Shown here piece by piece: positions 54,004-64,000 of a stretch of 64,000 nt of DNA. Within the stretch, counting starts at the first letter, position 1. Every line of letters begins with the position of its first letter. A program made the translations under genes and the position numbers. The notes beneath the pieces were generated by a model. It was not told where the DNA came from and made no database searches. It saw only the letters and a list, made by a program, of their open reading frames with translations. The stretch is taken from NCBI RefSeq assembly GCF_009914755.1, contig NC_060947.1; one strand, given 5' to 3'. This DNA comes from the human T2T-CHM13v2.0 reference genome, Homo sapiens.

Positions 54004-55001
54004 GAACAAAACAAAACATTTAGTTGGGATGGATGGATGTCATTAAGAAGTTGACACCCTGGAGGAAAATAGTGTAAGTCAGAAATAACAAGCAGGAAAT
54101 GAATACCCAAAGAACTAACACTCTTCCATAAACCAATGACATTTGTAAAATTTTTCAGTAATATTAGAAAATACTTAATTCATCTCCATAACACAAATTT
54201 TTAAAATATTCTATTACCATTTGTGTCTGAATGGGCTACAATCTGAGCTAGCAAATCCTTTATACTAGTGCTCTACAATATAATTTTCTATCAAATTACT
54301 GGTTAATGACCATATGCAGCATTTGCCATTTGGAGCCTCAGGTTCGTTGGTTTTTGTTTGTTTTCTTTTCCCCTTTTTCCATAAGGCAAAATTCTTAATC
54401 ATCTTGATAAAACTGTTCATCTTGGCTGCCCACGTGTTCATAACATAGGGGAAACACACAAAGCTCCAGGCTTTACTAATTTAGACTTGACACATCTACG
54501 TCAATACCACCATTGGAATTCCCAACCAGAAGCCAAAATAGTCAGAAAGTCTTAGTTAAGCCTGAGGTCCCAGTCTGCCTCTGCATCATGTCTTCATTGA
54601 CAGACTGGGGATGGGGGCAGTATTCTATCTCAGAAGAGAGGCCTGGGAACTGATATGATTTTATATATATATCTCCTTGTGATCTGATTGTTATTCACAT
54701 GTGCCCATGGTCTCTTCTTTTTTTATTTGTACTCTATTCTAGTCTACACATTAGCTCCAACATCTTTTTGTACTGAATATAACCCATATGAGCTCCCCTG
54801 GTCTTCTCTAGAGTAAATCAGAATCATGTCTTCCACCAGTGCTATCCTTGGGATCCCTTGCTATGTGAAGATGGGCAAAATACCTAGAGATAGAAGTTTC
54901 TCAGCTGAATGATCAGCATCCACTAATTCACAGCATTTATCACAACTACAATTAGGCATCTGTTAATTTCTATCTTGCCCACTAAGCTCAAAGAGGGTAA
55001 G

Positions 55002-57914
<2,913 letters not shown>

Positions 57915-59308
57915 TCAATAAATCAAAATGAGCTGATCTTTACAATGTTTAAATTAACATGTCCTAGAAATAAAACGGATGCTTTTGAGAGTTCAAAACA
58001 TAACAGAGAAGCTACAATACACTGTAATTCAATGGACTGGGCAGAGATTTTCTTGGTGCTAAGCTAAAGAGCTCAAATAACACTGGACCTGGTAACCTCA
58101 CCAAATCTAAGATGTATCATTTCATCCACATGTATTATAGTATGTATCTCTAAAAGGACTCATTTTTAAAAACTTAAGCATAATATTTCTATTACATCTA
58201 AAAAAATTAACCATAATTCCTTAAAATCATCAAATAACCAGTGTTCCCCAATTGTCTTAACTATTTTTAGTGTGTATGCTTGATTCAGAACCCAAATAAG
58301 TCCACACACATAGCAATGGTTGATATGTCTCTTACATCTCTTTTGATCTACAGGTGTCTTCCTCCTTTCTTCTCGTTTTTATTCTTCCCCTTTACAATTT
58401 TTTTGCTGACAATACCAGTTGGTTGGTCCTTTCAAGTTTTCCAGTCTGGATTTTGCTGACTACCTCCCCACAGAGTTCGGTTCCTCTGTTTCTTGTATTT
58501 TCTTTAAATTGGCATTCATATTTCAATCCAGAAGAGTTTGGTCAGATTTAAGATTGGCTTTTTGGTGGGAGAGGAGAGGATAAGATGACTTCATAGGTGG
58601 TGTTGTGTATTTCTCACAGGAGGCTCCTAATATCTAGTTATCTCTCTTTTCGTGATGTGAACAGTCGTGGATGGCTATTGCCTAGATCCTTTCGTTTATT
58701 AATGGTTGCAAAATGAAGGTATTCTAATTCTATCATTCTTTATTAGCCAGAAAACTTCTATAGAGAGAAGCTTCCATGCTTCAACCATTCAGTTACCTTA
58801 AGGCACGGATCACATAGAGAAATCACAATCAGCACTTTATTATTTTCCTGTATTTCTAGTTTTCAAAGTGATGAGCTGGATCTCTAGCATTCTCCACAGA
58901 TGACCAGTAAGTTTTATTTGTTTTGCTTTTTATTATCATTATGAACTCATGGATTTAAACATACTTGTGTTGCTATTTTACCCTTACCGATGTTCTAATT
59001 GTCAAGTGACAAACTTCTTAAAGAAGGATCTAAGAATGATGCCATTCAACGTAACAGATCTACTTACTAGTTATGACTGAGTGACTCTTCAAGATGTGTG
59101 AACACTTGAGAGGGATATATGAGCTGCTTTCTGTTTAAATGATTTCAACTGAGTGGTTGAAGAAAGGTAGTTTCTCTATATAGAAATTTTTTGGCCAATA
59201 AAGAATGATAGAATACCTTCATTTTACAACTACTAATAAATGAATGGATCCAGGGAATAGCCATCCATGACTTTTTGTGATTTTTCACATCACAAAAAGA
59301 GATAACTA

Positions 59309-59915
59309 GGTTGGATGTGACAGCTCACCTGTAATCCCACCACTTTGGGAGGCCAAGGAGGGAGGATCACTTGAGGCCAGGAGTTTGAGGCCAACCTGAG
59401 CAACACAGCAAGACCCAGTCTCCACAAAAATTTTTTTAAAAAATTAGCCAGGTGTGGTGGCACACATCTGCAGCCTCACCTGCTTGGGAGGCCAAGGCAG
59501 GAGGATCACTTGAGCCCAGGAGTTTGGGGTTACAGTAAGCTATGATTACGCCACTGCACTCTAGTCTGAGTAATTTCATCTCTGTAAAAAAATATTTTTT
59601 AAAAAAAGGCCAGGCACGTTGGTTCATGCCTGTAATCCCAGCACTTTGAGAGGCCGAGGCGGGAAGATCACTTGAGGTCAGGAGTTCGAAAGCAGCCTGG
59701 CCAACATGGCAAAACCCTGTCTCTACTAAAAATACAAAAAATTAGCCAGGTGTGGTAGCTCACGTCTGTGGCCCCAGCCTCTCAGGAGGCTAAGGCAAGA
59801 GGATCACTTAAGCCCAGGAGGCAGAGATTGCAATGAGCCATGATCGTGCCACTGCCCTCCAGCCTGGACAACAGAGCAAAACCCTGTCTCAAAAAAAAAT
59901 AAAAATAAAAATTTA
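59309..59915 (+). mobile_element. Two tandem old Alus
   Basis: Alu dimers at about 59309-59606 and 59608-59915, with gagataactag on both flanks. Confidence 0.85.
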
Positions 59916-60663
59916 AAAAAAGACAGAGAGAGATAACTAGATATTAGGAGTCTCCTGTGAGAAATACACAACACCACTTATGAAGTCATCTTATCCTCTC
60001 CTCTCTCACCAAAAAGCCAAACTTGAATCTGTACAAAGAACGTACAAATTTGTATTTACTAAATAGTTCTACAGAAGGATTTTTCTAAAAGAAAACAAAG
60101 TAAAACTGTAAAGGCATGCTTAGCTTCTAGAGAAGCTAAGAATCTAGTCAAGAGACTACACTAAACTGATACACTTAAAATTAGAGAACAGCATTTAGTA
60201 CTCAGCATTCAGCCAGAGGAAAAGTCATGAGAGATACAGCGCTTGAAGGAGAAACAGGATGTAGGAAGGCCAATATGTAAAGAATGTATTATGGGAAGGA
60301 AGATACAACACAAAGCTGACTGCAAATGAGTGTGGCATATTCATGGAATAGTGAGCAGACTTCTCATAGAGCAAAACAGGATGAAACATTTTTTAATCAC
60401 TCTTTGGATTCTAATCTTGGCTTTGTCACAAACTGTTGTATGACCTTAACCTCTCTAAGTTTCAGTTTTCTCATTTATATAACTAGCAAGGAAAGACAAT
60501 GACCTTTAATAGCTATTCAGTTCTAAAATTCAAATTCTAAGCACCTAGCATCTCCTATAAATTTATTTTTTAAAGGCTTTATTTCAAAAGTTCAGTATAC
60601 CAGAAGATATTCATTCCAAATGAGTAACTAAAAACATTATTGCCTTTAACAAGTAAATCTTAC

Positions 60664-60685
60664 CTTCATTCACTGTTTGTCCCAT
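60664..60685 (-). CDS. SCML2: SCML2 first coding exon (exon spans 60664-60709: 24 nt 5'UTR plus MGQTVNE-)
   Basis: Minus strand reads ttgtag|GAAACAACACCAAATAGGGATACC ATG GGA CAA ACA GTG AAT GAA G|gtaaga. The Kozak context ACCATGG is strong and the peptide matches the SCML2 N-terminus as recalled. Confidence 0.95.
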
Positions 60686-61543
60686 GGTATCCCTATTTGG
60701 TGTTGTTTCCTACAAGGAGAAAAACCAATTAATGCCTCCTTTTAGCATATTAGATTTCTGAAGGATAAGAAGTCAGTTATAAGGCCAGATCAATTTAATC
60801 TGTTTCCCTTAAACAAAAATGATAAGATTTGTATATGCCTAGTTGCCTGGGAATGGAGGAAGAAGGAATTGAGGAGTGACTGCTAAGGGGCATGAATATG
60901 GGTATGAAGTTTCCTTTGTGGGATAATGAAAGTGTCCTAGAATTAGATAGTGGTGATGGTTATACGCCTTGTTGTGAAAATACTAAAAATCATTGAATTG
61001 TATACCTTAAAAGGGTGAGTTTTATGGTATGCAAATTTTGACTCAATTTTTAAAATTAATTGAGTAAAAAAGAACAGTTGGTAGGTTAGCAAAGTTAGGA
61101 TTCAAACTGAGGCCTATTCCAGGAAGCCCACTTCTGCTACATCATGTTGCCAAGAGGTACAAGAATTATGACCGTGTTGGGAAAACCTGTAAGAACTGCA
61201 AGAGTCAAGTCTAACAAGAATTATTTGTTAGAAGCCTTGTGTATTTTGAGCTATAATTCATTAATTCAAACTTTTCCTGCATGTCCTCAATATGCCAGAC
61301 ATTCTGCAGCAAAGATAAATAACAGGCTGTCCTTGGCCTCCAAGACCCCAGTCTAGTCAGAAATAAGCATATGAACAAAACACAATATAAGTGCTATAAA
61401 AAAATATGTACATGGATAAACCTAATATGGCAAAAGGCTATCTATCCCGCCATTACTCCATGTGCCTGTAATAAGAACATGATGATGTGTATAACTGAAG
61501 GTAATCTGGCACTTAAAGTAAACCTATGAAGAATACATTCATA

Positions 61544-63946
<2,403 letters not shown>

Positions 63947-64000
63947 ACAACCAATTGTATGTTGGCTACAAAAAAAAAAAAAAAAACTTTAAATATAAAG

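Overview
This is primate, almost certainly human, genomic DNA. It carries six coding exons of the Polycomb gene SCML2 on the minus strand, from the start-codon exon through both MBT repeats (codons 1-243). All six exons have GT-AG junctions and splice in frame. Exon numbers 2-7 assume one upstream non-coding exon. The rest is intron, dominated by transposons: about 44 Alus, two long ancient L1s, several solo LTRs, L2/MIR and DNA transposons. Nearly all ORFs in the supplied track are Alu or L1 artefacts. Four observations stand out. (1) A 53-nt vault-RNA-derived, 3'-truncated retrocopy with a target-site duplication (TSD) sits inside L1 ORF2 at 24056-24108 and mixes vtRNA1-like and nc886-like features. 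(2) A repeat-free, 3'UTR-like island of about 6 kb in the intron after the second MBT exon begins with a strong acceptor. It would give an MBT-only SCML2 isoform of about 295 aa. (3) A candidate 24-nt 5'UTR micro-exon would create a uORF. (4) Two templated-insertion repair scars are present. Repeat subfamily names come from recalled consensus sequences, and repeat boundaries are approximate unless a TSD is given.
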